Origin: a virus
Taxonomy: Duplodnaviria; Caudoviricetes
DNA: 64,000 nucleotides
Direction: 5' to 3' (one strand)
IMG/VR virus record: IMGVR_UViG_3300033513_000001
Coordinates: 1-64,000 of that record
Positions 19,196-29,638 of the stretch are shown here, piece by piece. A model generated the notes under the pieces. It searched no databases. It was given only the letters and a program-made list of their open reading frames with translations, and was not told where the DNA came from. The stretch's first letter is position 1. The number at the start of each line of letters is the position of its first letter. A program made the translations under genes and the position numbers.

Positions 19196-20449
19196 ATGAA
19201 ACTCACTAGCAACGAATACCTAGAATACGTCTTCAAAGAGTGGCTAGAGGACTTCTGTTCATCTCGATGGGAAGGCTTGTCTCTTGACGAGAGAGACGCG
19301 CTTCTGGCGCACTACTGGCAGGAGTTCAGAGAAGAATACAACAAGGGTTGCAAGCAGGGCGATGGGATTGGTGACGATATAATCACCATTACGGGCGCAA
19401 GGTGTTTGGGTTGCAGCTACCCTCTCACAGAGGGCGAGACGCACTGTTGCCCCACAACTGGTCTGCAAGTCACCGTCACTCGCTTTCGCGTCAAGTGCGC
19501 CAAGTGCGGGAAAGAGACGGAGAACTTTGTCACTGCGCCATACGGGTCAAAGTGGGACGGCGACCCGATTTGCGCGGAGTGTATTGACAGGTAGCGCATC
19601 AATCAAACAAGGGGGGTAAAATGGCAGATTTGGGACAATCCGCTATTGCAGATCAGACGCAAGTACAAGACCGAATGAACCAGTTGTCTATCGCGTGTGA
19701 CCAACTGGACAAGGCGGTTGCGTCTATTGAAGAACGCCTGTCGTCAGTTCTGAGGCAGGAAAATCTCGTGGTTTCAAAAAGCGGGGACGAGAAACATCCA
19801 ACGCTTGTTGAATTGGCAGAGCACCTAGACAAGAGAATCTGTTGCATCAGGCTTGCAACAGATAGGCTTCTGAGTATTCGACAGCGCACGGAGTTGTAAT
19901 CATGCCGCCACAAATCGTCACCCGCAAGGACGTTGAGGACGCGCTTGACCGAATCGAAAAAGGCGAGGCGCTTCCAGAGGACGCCACGATGCTCAGGGCA
20001 ATCGTCCATGCCTACTATGCGCTGGTCGAGGAAGAAATTATCCTAGAGCCTGACTAAAGGAGGTCACTATGTCATGGGCCGCGTGTGCAATGGCGCATCT
20101 GGCAGACCAGATGAGCGCCTACACGAGCAACGTTCAGGGCTGGCTCGACCAAGCCAAGCGCGACTTGGAAGACCGTCACCTGTCGCGCCGATTCTTCGAG
20201 GTCTTGGGCTTGGGCGATGACGCGCCCGACATCCTGCCGATGCAACACGAGGTCAACGACATCAGCCGACAGATGGCGGCTCTGCTTCTGGCAATCGGAA
20301 CGGGAACTCAATTTGAGTGGAACGAGGACAGGCCGATGAGGGCAGACAGGACGGCGAACGGGTGGCTGCTGTACTTCGCTTCCACACTGGACGACGACCC
20401 GCTTGAGCGCCTGAACTTGGGGGAGCGACTGAACTTGAAGATGATTTGA
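19196..20449 (+). CDS. Hypothetical genes (19196-19594 Cys-rich, 19621-19899 coiled-coil, 20069-20449)
   Basis: ORFs with GGGGG/GGAGG RBSs; no family recognised. Confidence 0.55.
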
Positions 20450-20487
20450 CACAAAAACAACCGACCTTGCGGCTGGTTGCTTTTGTC
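20448..20487. terminator. Bidirectional terminator-like hairpin
   Basis: ACAAAAACAACC...GGTTGCTTTTGT. The first 15 nt (GACACAAAAACAACC) are identical to 54995-55009. Confidence 0.6.
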
Positions 20488-20545
20488 CTGCTTGCAGGCG
20501 GATACCAATTTCAGTTATCATACTACAGTTCGGTGTGGGTGTCAA

Positions 20546-21247
20546 GTGCTAACAGGCTTTGAGTATCTCCTAACAAAACGTCACATTCAGTCCGCTACAG
20601 AACAGTCTCTCGCCCCGCAAGTGGAGAGCCTGCTCCTGTCAGCACGGACTCGCCTCGCGCCTTTGCTTCCCAACTATTCGAGCCAACAGAATTACAAGCG
20701 CGATGATGTTCTGTTGCTTCTCATTCTATTTTCAGATTGGCTACAAGGAGAGTGGCTTGACCAGTTCTCAAACACGCTTCTGCTACAGGTTGAACCCGCG
20801 AACGAGATTGAATTGTCGTTCTGGACGAAAAACGGGTATGCGATTCCAGATGGGTTACAGGATTCGGTTAGCGAGGCTTTTCAGTCGTCGCGGGATTGGG
20901 CGAGGATAGCCGATGTCACGCTCAATCGGACGGTCAACTCAATTCTGCGATGGGACGCCCAAGAGAACCTGACTAGGCGGGACTTGGACGCTCTGCTGGA
21001 CTATTGGTACAGCCAGAATCGGGCGGGGAACATTGCAAGCAATGAGACGACGGCGCTAAACTCGCTGTTGACGAAAGAGTATATGCAGAGGCTTGAATTG
21101 AGGCGTTGGGTCTGGTGGACTACCCCGCCAGAATACACGATTTGTCCCTTTTGTCGGGAGAGGCACGGTGTTACCTATGATATCACTGACCCAATGCCGC
21201 CGTTGCATAACCATTGCAAGTGCATACCTGAAATCCTGTTTGAGTGA
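20546..21247 (+). CDS. Head morphogenesis protein (SPP1 gp7 / Mu gpF-like)
   Basis: RAGNIASNETT, WVWWT....ICPFCRERHG..YD...PPLHNHCKC. Start uncertain. Confidence 0.8.
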   Translation: MLTGFEYLLTKRHIQSATEQSLAPQVESLLLSARTRLAPLLPNYSSQQNYKRDDVLLLLILFSDWLQGEWLDQFSNTLLLQVEPANEIELSFWTKNGYAIPDGLQDSVSEAFQSSRDWARIADVTLNRTVNSILRWDAQENLTRRDLDALLDYWYSQNRAGNIASNETTALNSLLTKEYMQRLELRRWVWWTTPPEYTICPFCRERHGVTYDITDPMPPLHNHCKCIPEILFE

Positions 21248-21453
21248 TGGGTGAGCCTGTGTTTACCGCAACCAAAACTCCCATTGACGCCGCCATAACC
21301 CAAGCCGAGTACAACCTGATTCGCCGCATCCGACAGGTCAAGCGGCAAAAACTGGCGGAAGGAATCTACATAGACTTCGCCAAAGGCACATTGCAACTCG
21401 TCGGCAAGACGGAGGCTTTTGACTGTGTGACAATCACCAAAAGTGACACTTGA
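21244..21453 (+). CDS. Small hypothetical protein
   Basis: Coupled to the gpF-like stop; 'EYNLIRRIRQ' helix. Confidence 0.45.
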   Translation: MMGEPVFTATKTPIDAAITQAEYNLIRRIRQVKRQKLAEGIYIDFAKGTLQLVGKTEAFDCVTITKSDT

Positions 21454-21478
21454 CACGCACGGAAAAATAATGTAGAAT
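21450..21478 (+). promoter_or_regulatory. Strong sigma70-type promoter of the structural operon
   Basis: TTGACA(21450-21455)-N17-TAGAAT(21473-21478). Confidence 0.8.
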
Positions 21479-21543
21479 ACTGCTAATAGATATTGCAATA
21501 ATCCGCTGGCGTCACAGCCAGCAGTGGGGAACTGTACACGACC

Positions 21544-21576
21544 AGCCCCAAGTCTGCAACGGACTTGGGGCTTTTT
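21544..21576 (+). terminator. Intrinsic terminator within the 5' leader
   Basis: Perfect 11-bp stem AGCCCCAAGTC/GACTTGGGGCT followed by TTTT. Confidence 0.8.
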
Positions 21577-21613
21577 GCGTTCAAGGGGGCTTTTCCGAAC
21601 AAGGAGAACGAAG

Positions 21614-23938
21614 ATGTCTTACATGGGCCTTGCGCTTCCAGTTGAGGTCATCGGGTCGAGTTACGCGGCAAGCGGGCTTTCGATTCCGATGTACATAAAG
21701 AGCATCACCGATGCTCCATTGGCCCTGACGGGCACAACCGCAACGTTCACGATGGGGTCTAACGCTAATACGTCCGGCAGTGCGACGGCGTTGCTTCGTG
21801 CGAGTCGGACGGCGGCTTTTCGCGTTTACGCCGATGACGGCGGGGCGGTCTTGTGGGGTGTGGGCAGTGTGCCTGACCTGCGGGCGGGATTGTCACGGAC
21901 GCTTGTCACGACCAGTCAAGCGGGCGGCTTCGTTCGCCTGTGGGGACACATGGGCTACCTCACGGCCTACAACGCCAGCGTCAGTAGTGAGCAGGTAGGT
22001 GGGCTGAATGGTCGTCTGGAATTGTGGCAGGCCGCTGCGGGGACAGTCGCGTTTGCTGGATATGGTGTCAGTGCTGGCGTAGTGGGTACTCTCGCCACAG
22101 TGGGCACAACCTCGGTTGGGTCTACCGCTGTTGTGGCAGGCTTGGCGGCTATGGCAGACCTGCGCGGCACGTTTACTCAAACGGGCAAGGCTGTTGGTCT
22201 TTACGTCGGCAAGTACGACACAACCAACTGGTCGGATGCAACCTCGCGGGCCAAGTTCGGCTATGGCATTTATGTTGATGCGGCCAGTGTCACCAACGGT
22301 TTCCAGTTTGGCGCGAGTGCTTCTAGTGATGGCTCTGGTGTCTCATTGGCGGGTTCGGCACGGCCATTTTCCCTGTACGCAGATACGGCTACCACATCGC
22401 TGACGACAGACACGCGCACCTTCTTGGTACGAACCCTGATTGGTACAACTCAGACCTCTTCGCAAACGCTGTCCAGCATCCGCGCACAACTCAAGGTCAA
22501 GAGTGCGGTTGACCTGCAAGCGGGCTTCTGGCACGCCATTCGCGGTTACGTTGAGGTTGAGGGCGCGACATCTCTGACCAATACTCTAATGTGCCTGTCT
22601 GCTCTGGAAGGATACTTTGGTCTTTCTGGCACGGTGACGATTGGTGCGAACGCGGTTGTCGCGGGTGTCAAGGCCATTATTGCCAACGAAGCCGCAGGCG
22701 CTTTCTCTGGTAGTGGTATTGCGGCAGCCTTCTATGTCGCGTCTGGTACTCCTTACTGGACGTATGGCCTCTATATTCCTGCGGGCTGCGCGACGCAAGC
22801 CATCGGCCTCGGCACTTCGGCTGCTCCGCTTGCTCTTGTCGCCTCAACGCCGCACGTGGCGATGTACACGACCAGCGCGTCCACCTCTGGCGAAATCGTG
22901 GGAGCGCAGATTACGCAGACCATGACGGCTGTAAGCACAGGGGCCTACGTTGAAGGGTTGAAGGTTTCTCTCAACTCTGCGGTCAAGCTCGGCAACCCCT
23001 GCGCCATCTATGGCATCATTGACTTCAAGACAGCAGGCTTCGCTCATGGTGCAACGTCGGTTATTCAAGGCGAGTTGATCTTCCCCTCTACTGATGTTGT
23101 GATACGCGGGACTTACCCAGTGTTCTCGGCAGAAATCGGATGTCCCGCAGCGTTCAAGGCTAACGGCAACCCGATTATCGGGTTTGCCCTTGACGCTTAC
23201 GGAGATGGCAAGACCGAGTTTGATACTGCGGGATACTTGATCTCTCTTGCTGGTGTCACGCCAGCCATCGGTAAGTTCCTGTCTGCAAACTCTCAGACTG
23301 CGCGTTGTCTAACTGCCACTGGCGTTACTCGTTACATGGTCTTGAGTCGAATTGAGGACGGCTTGGGCTTGGGTGTCACAGGTACACCAATGACTCTCGT
23401 GGCGTCAAGTCCATTCTTCTCAATGTTCACAACCAGCGCGGCCACATCGGGCGAGACATATACGGCGCTAATCAACCATGTGAACACGGGCGTAAGCTCA
23501 GGTGGTTACTACGAGACGCTCAAGGTCAGGTTCGAGTCCGCTGTCAAGGTTGGTAATCCTTGCGCTATCTATGGGATTATTGACTTCAAGACCGCTGGTC
23601 TTGCTCACGGCGCAACGTCGGTCATTCAGGGTGAACTGATTTTCCCGTCCACCGATGTCGTGGTGCGCGGGACGTATCCAGTGTTCACAGCGGAAATCGG
23701 CTGTCCATCTGGACTCAATATGCACGGCAACCCGATTATCGGGTTTGCTGTGGACGCTTACGATACTGGCAAGACTGAGTTTGACACCAACGGGTATATG
23801 TTCTCTCTGAGTGGCATTACGGCTGGGGGCGGTAAAGTCTATGACGAAACTGGCACGACCATGACGGCTGACTCCACGCTGAGAATCCTAATCAACGGCG
23901 TGCCGAAGTACCTGCTGGTCAGGGACGCCGCGAGCTAA
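21614..23938 (+). CDS. Large G/A/T/S-rich virion protein with a 187-aa internal duplication (head fibre/decoration candidate)
   Basis: AAGGAG RBS then ATG 21614. Duplicated block GNPCAIYGIIDFKTAG.AHGATSVIQGELIFPSTDVV.RGTYPVF.AEIGCP. Confidence 0.6.
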   Translation: MSYMGLALPVEVIGSSYAASGLSIPMYIKSITDAPLALTGTTATFTMGSNANTSGSATALLRASRTAAFRVYADDGGAVLWGVGSVPDLRAGLSRTLVTTSQAGGFVRLWGHMGYLTAYNASVSSEQVGGLNGRLELWQAAAGTVAFAGYGVSAGVVGTLATVGTTSVGSTAVVAGLAAMADLRGTFTQTGKAVGLYVGKYDTTNWSDATSRAKFGYGIYVDAASVTNGFQFGASASSDGSGVSLAGSARPFSLYADTATTSLTTDTRTFLVRTLIGTTQTSSQTLSSIRAQLKVKSAVDLQAGFWHAIRGYVEVEGATSLTNTLMCLSALEGYFGLSGTVTIGANAVVAGVKAIIANEAAGAFSGSGIAAAFYVASGTPYWTYGLYIPAGCATQAIGLGTSAAPLALVASTPHVAMYTTSASTSGEIVGAQITQTMTAVSTGAYVEGLKVSLNSAVKLGNPCAIYGIIDFKTAGFAHGATSVIQGELIFPSTDVVIRGTYPVFSAEIGCPAAFKANGNPIIGFALDAYGDGKTEFDTAGYLISLAGVTPAIGKFLSANSQTARCLTATGVTRYMVLSRIEDGLGLGVTGTPMTLVASSPFFSMFTTSAATSGETYTALINHVNTGVSSGGYYETLKVRFESAVKVGNPCAIYGIIDFKTAGLAHGATSVIQGELIFPSTDVVVRGTYPVFTAEIGCPSGLNMHGNPIIGFAVDAYDTGKTEFDTNGYMFSLSGITAGGGKVYDETGTTMTADSTLRILINGVPKYLLVRDAAS

Positions 23939-24007
23939 CGATACATGGCTTCTGGGGACTGTGCCTGAAACAGTCCCCAACCAAACTTTTCTAGGGGGCT
24001 AAGGAAA

Positions 24008-24927
24008 ATGAAACTCTCAGTCTTTGAACGTCTAATCTTGTCGCAGATTCTATCGGAGCCGGGTGTCGAGGCCGACTTCACTACCCTTCGCATCGTGCGG
24101 AAGTTGCGCGAGAACGTTTCTTTCTCAGAAGAAGAACTCGCTGCGCTAAACTTCCGACAGGGCATGGATTGGAGCAAGTGCCCCAAGTGCGGTGCGAGTA
24201 CGATAGAGTTTACGAAGGGCAGGGCCAGTCCCGAAAGGCGTTGCGTCATCTGCGGCTTTGAGGGCATGGCAGGCGAGAATCAAATTTTCTGGAATCAGGC
24301 CGCGCCTCAAGAGGCCGAGATTGAGATTGGCAAGAAGGCCACCGAAGTTGTCAAGGACAGGCTGGAAGCGATGGACAAGTCCAAGAAACTTGTCGAGGAA
24401 CGCCACTTTACCCTGTGTGACAAGTTCGGGCTGAAGTTTGAGGACGAATAACTATGGCAACTTACGAAGGCGCAATAGCGCAGCCCGTTGAGTTCAGGCC
24501 CGAAGCCGACAAGGGGCAAGGGCTGAACCTTGCGCTCTCCCCGCAGTGCGGCGGCGGGACGGTGGTTTACAACATCACCTTTGACGCGACTCTGGCGCTC
24601 ATCAATGCAAATGCTGTTGTCGTCTCCGTCCCGGTCAACCGGCGGTTTCGTCTCATTGACGCGATGGCGGTTGCCTACGGCGGGGCGGTCACGGGCCTGA
24701 CGCTATTGGAACTTGTGTGCGGCGCTACTGTGCTTGTCTCTTACGCGCAAACCAACCTGACAGAGAACACCTTGCTCAAGTTTGGGGATACGGGCGTGAC
24801 CCTCTTGGCGGCTGGCGCGTCCTTTTCGGCTCAGACGGCGGACGTTGACTTGCAAGTGACCAGAACGGTTGCGGACGCAGAGACGGCGACGGGGGTGAGG
24901 TTCATCATCACCTACGCGCTGGACTAG
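24008..24927 (+). CDS. Two head-region genes (24008-24451 with CPKC/CVIC insert; 24454-24927 beta-rich)
   Basis: Tightly packed ORFs before the capsid gene. Confidence 0.55.
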
Positions 24928-24942
24928 GGATAAAGGCGACAG

Positions 24943-27900
24943 ATGAGTGACCTTGATTTTCAACTTTTCATTCCGCTCGACAAGAGCAAGACAGACGATG
25001 AAAAGCAAATGGTCTATGGTTATGCCTCTGTGGAGGAACCGGATTTCTCAGGGGAAATCATGGACTTTGAGACAACGTTGCCCTATGCAATGGCGTGGTC
25101 GGAGGATGCTTATAAGCGCACTGGTGGGTTATCTCGTGGAAACCTGCGCGGGCAACACAATGAGAAAATCGCCGCTGGGGTCTTGACGGAATTTTCGGCT
25201 GACAAGACAAAGAGAGCATTTCCGATTGCGGCGCACGTTGTAGACAAGCAGGAGTGGATCAAGGTCAAGACGGGGACATATTCGGGCCTAAGTTGGGGGG
25301 GCAAATACGTCAATCGCTGGCACGATGGAAATTACATACGCTATACTGCCAAGCCAATTGAATTAAGCCTAGTGGATGCCCCGTGTGTTCCAAGCGCGAC
25401 ATTTCAAATGGTCAAGGGCGGGAACGTCCTTATCAAATCATGGTCGCAGCCGAAGCACAAACTTCTGCTGGTTGGGGAGGATGATATGACCAATGTTGTT
25501 GTGAACATCCCTATCTCGGCTTTGAAAGGGGGTGATCCAATCTCAATCTCTGCCCAACAAGCAGACTTGGCGAAGGCGATGCCGCAAGGCCCAAGCATCA
25601 CGAACGTTCTGATTGCCGCCGACAAGGAAAACCCGCCAGAGCCGATTGCACAGAAGCCTGACTTCTCGGTGAATGTGGTGGACGACCAGAAGAAAGTCCT
25701 GCCTATCAGTCCAGACTTGGCGAATGTCGAGAGCGGGGCGCAAGCGGCGGAAAGACACCCGCCTGTGGTGAACATTACGCCCGAAGTGGAGAAGGTCATT
25801 GCTCAGTCCGAGTCACAATTGCCAGCGACCTACACGCCGCCCATCGGGGTGCGCGACATCGCAATGCGTGGGCTGGAAGGCGTCAAGGACAACGACGTCG
25901 CCAAGCTGATTTCAAGCGGCGCACCCTTGACGTTGGGCTTTGTTCATTCAATGGTAAGTTACTTTGCAACCCACGAAAGCACCGACCCCAACTGGCAGGT
26001 GTGGGGCGGGACTGAGGGGCGCAAGTGGGCTGAGAAGATTGAGCGCAAGGTGGGCAGTGACACCGTTATCAAGGCGGTGCAGGACATCCCTGGGTTGAAA
26101 CACATTGCGGAAGGCGATTTGCAAAAGTGCGAGAACTGCCAGCACTTCCGCGATATGGCCTGCGGCTATTGCCAGAAGTATGACAGCAAGATTCAGCCCG
26201 ATTGGGTATGCCAATCGTGGGACAAGTCAAGCGGTCATCCTGACGCCGCTCCGATTGCGGAACAGGGCGGTATGCTGATGGACGCACAGAAAGCCGTTTC
26301 AACACCAACCGAAACTACCAGCACATCCGAAACCGAAGCGGTGAAAGCCGAGCCTGTAACCGAGTCCACCACAACGGAGGATTCTAAGGCTTGCAAGGCC
26401 GATGATGTTGACAAGGCAATTACCGAAGCCGAAAAACTAGGCAAAGCCGTCGGCATTGAGAACAAGAACTTTGACAAGTCCCTGCCCTATGACGATGAGT
26501 TTGAGAAGCGCATCCCGAAGAAGGAAGGCGAGCCGAAAAGCCCGCCGAAGGGCTACCCGAAGGACGCCAAACTCTACGGCGACCCGGCCAACTTCTCTTG
26601 GCCCTGCGACAATCCGGGCCGATGCGCTTCCGCGATGGCCTACTACAACGCAGGCAAGGGCAAGGGCAAGTACGACGAGCGCGAGTGGCGCATCTTGGGA
26701 CGCCGCATTGCGCGACTGGTCAATCAACACGGTGCTAAAGACGGCACTGTGAAATTCAATCCCCGCACAGGGAAGCTGGAGCGGGAAGCGGAGGGTAAGA
26801 AAATGGCGAAGGATTTGAAGACGGCCCGCACCCTCGTTGGCGAAGTGCGGGGCAAATTGGACAGTGCGCCAGAAGGCATGACGCCCGAACTCATCGCGCA
26901 AGCGGCGAGTGCATTGGACGTTGTGATGAACGAGCTATCCGAAGCGACGAACGAACAGGGCGCGGTGATTGGGGCAGAGCCTCCGGCGGTGAAGGCTGCG
27001 AAACCCGAAACCAAGCCATCGCCTGAAACGACTTCTTCACCGTCTAGCGAGACGACCGAATCGCCTAAGACGGTCAAGAAGGAGGACAAACCTATGAGCG
27101 ACACGACGACATCCCCGACCACCAGTGTCCCGTCGCAAGCCGACGTGAAGAAAGTTGAGCCGATGCCGACTCAGCCCCCGGTGGCCTATCAGACGTTCAA
27201 CATCAACACGGGCAACGTTCACCTGCCGGAGTTCATCTCCGCGCTTGCGGACGAAGGCAATATGTTCAAGGCTCAGAAGATTGCGGGTCAGGGTTCCAGC
27301 TTTGACGAGATGTTTGCCAAAGCGCAGATTGACTTGCTCAATCAGGGCGGCTGGACGAGCGCCAACGCCCGGCGCGGCATAGGCGGCCTGCCTGCCGCTG
27401 GACAGGACTTGTGCTTCAATGCTGACTGGGGCGGCAAGGACGAGCAACTGAAGAAAGCTATCACGCTTTCCAGCATCCCCGGCATCTACCTGATTCGCCT
27501 AGCCAAGCTGATGCTCCCCGTCTATGCGGGCCTCCGCAATCGCCTGCCGACTCAAACGGCGGCGACGGGCAGCAATCAGGCGATTTGGCGCGTGAAGTCG
27601 GGCTTCGGCACGTTCTCGTTCGTGGACGCCCTGATGAGCGCGGAAAACACCACGGGCGCATCCGTGACCGATACGTTCCTGTCCTTCACTGCGCCCTACC
27701 AGCGCGTGACGGTCAACGACAACGTGACGCTGGAAGCCGTCTACACCACGCGCCAGTACGATGACCCGCTACAAGTGGCAATCATCGGCTCGTTGTCTAC
27801 CCTGCTTCAATCCGAAGAGATGAAGATTATGGGCGACAACTACACTGACCTCGGTGCGCCTTCTGGCACGCCCGTTGCGGCGGCAGTGGCGGGCGCTGGC

Positions 27901-28842
27901 TTCTCAGCTGGCACGGCGGACACGTTCAAGGTCTCGGCTCTGTCCTACATCGGCACTCTCGTTCCTGCGAAGGGACAGGTGGGCGCTGTGGACGCTGTTG
28001 GCGAGAGCACTCCATCGAGTGTGTCCAGCCCGACGGTCAATGGCACGACCTCAACTTCTGTAACCCTGACGTGGAACGCCGTCAAGGGCGCTGCGTCCTA
28101 CAACATCTACTGGGGCTTGAACGGCGCGAACTGGTACTGGGTCAAGACCAGCACGGCGACCTCGTGCAGCATCTCGGCGGCTGAGGTTGCGGCGGCTCTG
28201 GCGACGAACACGCCCAACACTGGCGATGAGAGCGGCAACGCTTACGGTTACGAGGGCTTGATTGCTTGGGCCGAGAAATCTACCATCTACTCTCAAGTAA
28301 CGACCCTCCGCAAGTTCACCGACCAAGCGGGCGCGGCCCTGACCACGACTTCCAGCGGCATCAGTGAGATTGACTCGGTGCTGTCCTACCTGTGGACGAA
28401 CTGGAAGACCGCGCCTTCTCTGATGGTGTCCAGTCCGGCGAGTCACCAGCACTTTAGCGAGAAAATCATGGCGGCGAACAACCCGGCCATGTACCGCGTC
28501 GAGACTAACACCAACTTGGCGGGCGCAATCGTCGGCGGCGTGTTCGTGACGGGCTACCACAACAAGTTTGCCAACTACGCTTCGGGCCTGCCGAGGGTGA
28601 TGGACACGATGGCTCACCCGAATATGCCTGACGGCACGTTCCTGTTCTTGAGCGAGAACGTCCCGTACCCGATGGCGAGAGAGGCACGCGGACTCGCACT
28701 CGACACTCTGATTCCGTACACCTACTTCCCGTTGGCAGCAGCGACGACCATCAACTACCCATTCGCTATGCTTTGTTCAGAAACGCCCATCTGCTTCCAT
28801 CCGGCTGGTCAGGCAGCCATTGTAGGTGTGTCTATCGTGTAG
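24943..28842 (+). CDS. Prohead protease-scaffold-major capsid polyprotein
   Basis: N-terminus is HK97-type protease (VYGYAS, LRGQH, YSGLSWGG, ELSLVDAP). Middle is T/E/K/P-rich scaffold-like with YGDPANFSWP. C-terminal ~580 aa is capsid-like with an FN3-like insert (VTLTWNAVKGAASYNIYWG). Confidence 0.75.
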   Translation: MSDLDFQLFIPLDKSKTDDEKQMVYGYASVEEPDFSGEIMDFETTLPYAMAWSEDAYKRTGGLSRGNLRGQHNEKIAAGVLTEFSADKTKRAFPIAAHVVDKQEWIKVKTGTYSGLSWGGKYVNRWHDGNYIRYTAKPIELSLVDAPCVPSATFQMVKGGNVLIKSWSQPKHKLLLVGEDDMTNVVVNIPISALKGGDPISISAQQADLAKAMPQGPSITNVLIAADKENPPEPIAQKPDFSVNVVDDQKKVLPISPDLANVESGAQAAERHPPVVNITPEVEKVIAQSESQLPATYTPPIGVRDIAMRGLEGVKDNDVAKLISSGAPLTLGFVHSMVSYFATHESTDPNWQVWGGTEGRKWAEKIERKVGSDTVIKAVQDIPGLKHIAEGDLQKCENCQHFRDMACGYCQKYDSKIQPDWVCQSWDKSSGHPDAAPIAEQGGMLMDAQKAVSTPTETTSTSETEAVKAEPVTESTTTEDSKACKADDVDKAITEAEKLGKAVGIENKNFDKSLPYDDEFEKRIPKKEGEPKSPPKGYPKDAKLYGDPANFSWPCDNPGRCASAMAYYNAGKGKGKYDEREWRILGRRIARLVNQHGAKDGTVKFNPRTGKLEREAEGKKMAKDLKTARTLVGEVRGKLDSAPEGMTPELIAQAASALDVVMNELSEATNEQGAVIGAEPPAVKAAKPETKPSPETTSSPSSETTESPKTVKKEDKPMSDTTTSPTTSVPSQADVKKVEPMPTQPPVAYQTFNINTGNVHLPEFISALADEGNMFKAQKIAGQGSSFDEMFAKAQIDLLNQGGWTSANARRGIGGLPAAGQDLCFNADWGGKDEQLKKAITLSSIPGIYLIRLAKLMLPVYAGLRNRLPTQTAATGSNQAIWRVKSGFGTFSFVDALMSAENTTGASVTDTFLSFTAPYQRVTVNDNVTLEAVYTTRQYDDPLQVAIIGSLSTLLQSEEMKIMGDNYTDLGAPSGTPVAAAVAGAGFSAGTADTFKVSALSYIGTLVPAKGQVGAVDAVGESTPSSVSSPTVNGTTSTSVTLTWNAVKGAASYNIYWGLNGANWYWVKTSTATSCSISAAEVAAALATNTPNTGDESGNAYGYEGLIAWAEKSTIYSQVTTLRKFTDQAGAALTTTSSGISEIDSVLSYLWTNWKTAPSLMVSSPASHQHFSEKIMAANNPAMYRVETNTNLAGAIVGGVFVTGYHNKFANYASGLPRVMDTMAHPNMPDGTFLFLSENVPYPMAREARGLALDTLIPYTYFPLAAATTINYPFAMLCSETPICFHPAGQAAIVGVSIV

Positions 28843-28856
28843 TATCTTGTCGCAGA

Positions 28857-28881
28857 GGGGGCAGGAACGATTCTTGCCCCC
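28857..28881 (+). other. Stem-loop after the capsid gene
   Basis: GGGGGCAGGAA-CGA-TTCTTGCCCCC between convergent stops; no U-tract. Confidence 0.5.
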
Positions 28882-28888
28882 AAAGCGA

Positions 28889-29638
28889 TTAGGAAAGGTG
28901 CTTCCAAGACTTTCGGTTGACTATGTTCATGACTGTCATGCGACTCAGACCATACTGTTCAGCAACGTCTTTCTGCATCTTTCCAGAATAAACTAGGCGA
29001 CGGATTTCCAGAACATCTAGGTCAGTCAATTTAGCATTCCAATTCCGTTCGCCGCGAGGCGGGTTGTTCCTGCCCTTTAACATCATGTCTTGGTTGTTGT
29101 CAGCGTCAGTACCGACAAACAAGTGGCTTGGGTTCGTACAGGAAGGTCGGTCGCAGGTATGGCATACCAACTTTCCTTCGGGAATCTCGCCATGTGCAAG
29201 AATCCAAGCAACTCGGTGAGCGTGAACCGTCTTGCCTCTGAATCTAAAGTTGCCGTAGCCAAGTGAATCTTTAGAGCCAGTCCAGTTCCAACACTCTTGG
29301 TCTGAGCGTTTGTCAACTTTGGCCCAGAATAGGCCCACTGTGTCAACATGGGAATAACGGTTCGAGTTGGCGCAGTGAATGGAACAAAACTTGACGTGCG
29401 GGTGTCCCTTGTGGTCAAACTCTTTGCCGCACCACTCGCAGGTCTTGGTATGGTCGGTGCAGCGCTGAGTCAGGTTGCACCTGTGGCAATACTTGGCGGT
29501 GTTGAGAATGGGCTTACCGCAGAGCGGACAGGTCTTTCCTTTCTCGTATCTGTACCGAGCATCCCAACACTTGCGACACAGGCCATGAGTACCTGGCGCA
29601 GCCGAGACGGTCTTACAATCGTGACATAGTTTTTTCAT
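28889..29638 (-). CDS. HNH homing endonuclease (HNH_3 type) with N-terminal zinc ribbons, antisense to the structural operon
   Basis: CWNWTG...GYG...AHRVAW...VCHTCDRPSC.NPSHL..GT..DN..DM; AGGAGG RBS; own promoter TTGCGC-N17-TATCAT at 29699-29671. Confidence 0.9.
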   Translation of the reverse strand: MKKLCHDCKTVSAAPGTHGLCRKCWDARYRYEKGKTCPLCGKPILNTAKYCHRCNLTQRCTDHTKTCEWCGKEFDHKGHPHVKFCSIHCANSNRYSHVDTVGLFWAKVDKRSDQECWNWTGSKDSLGYGNFRFRGKTVHAHRVAWILAHGEIPEGKLVCHTCDRPSCTNPSHLFVGTDADNNQDMMLKGRNNPPRGERNWNAKLTDLDVLEIRRLVYSGKMQKDVAEQYGLSRMTVMNIVNRKSWKHLS

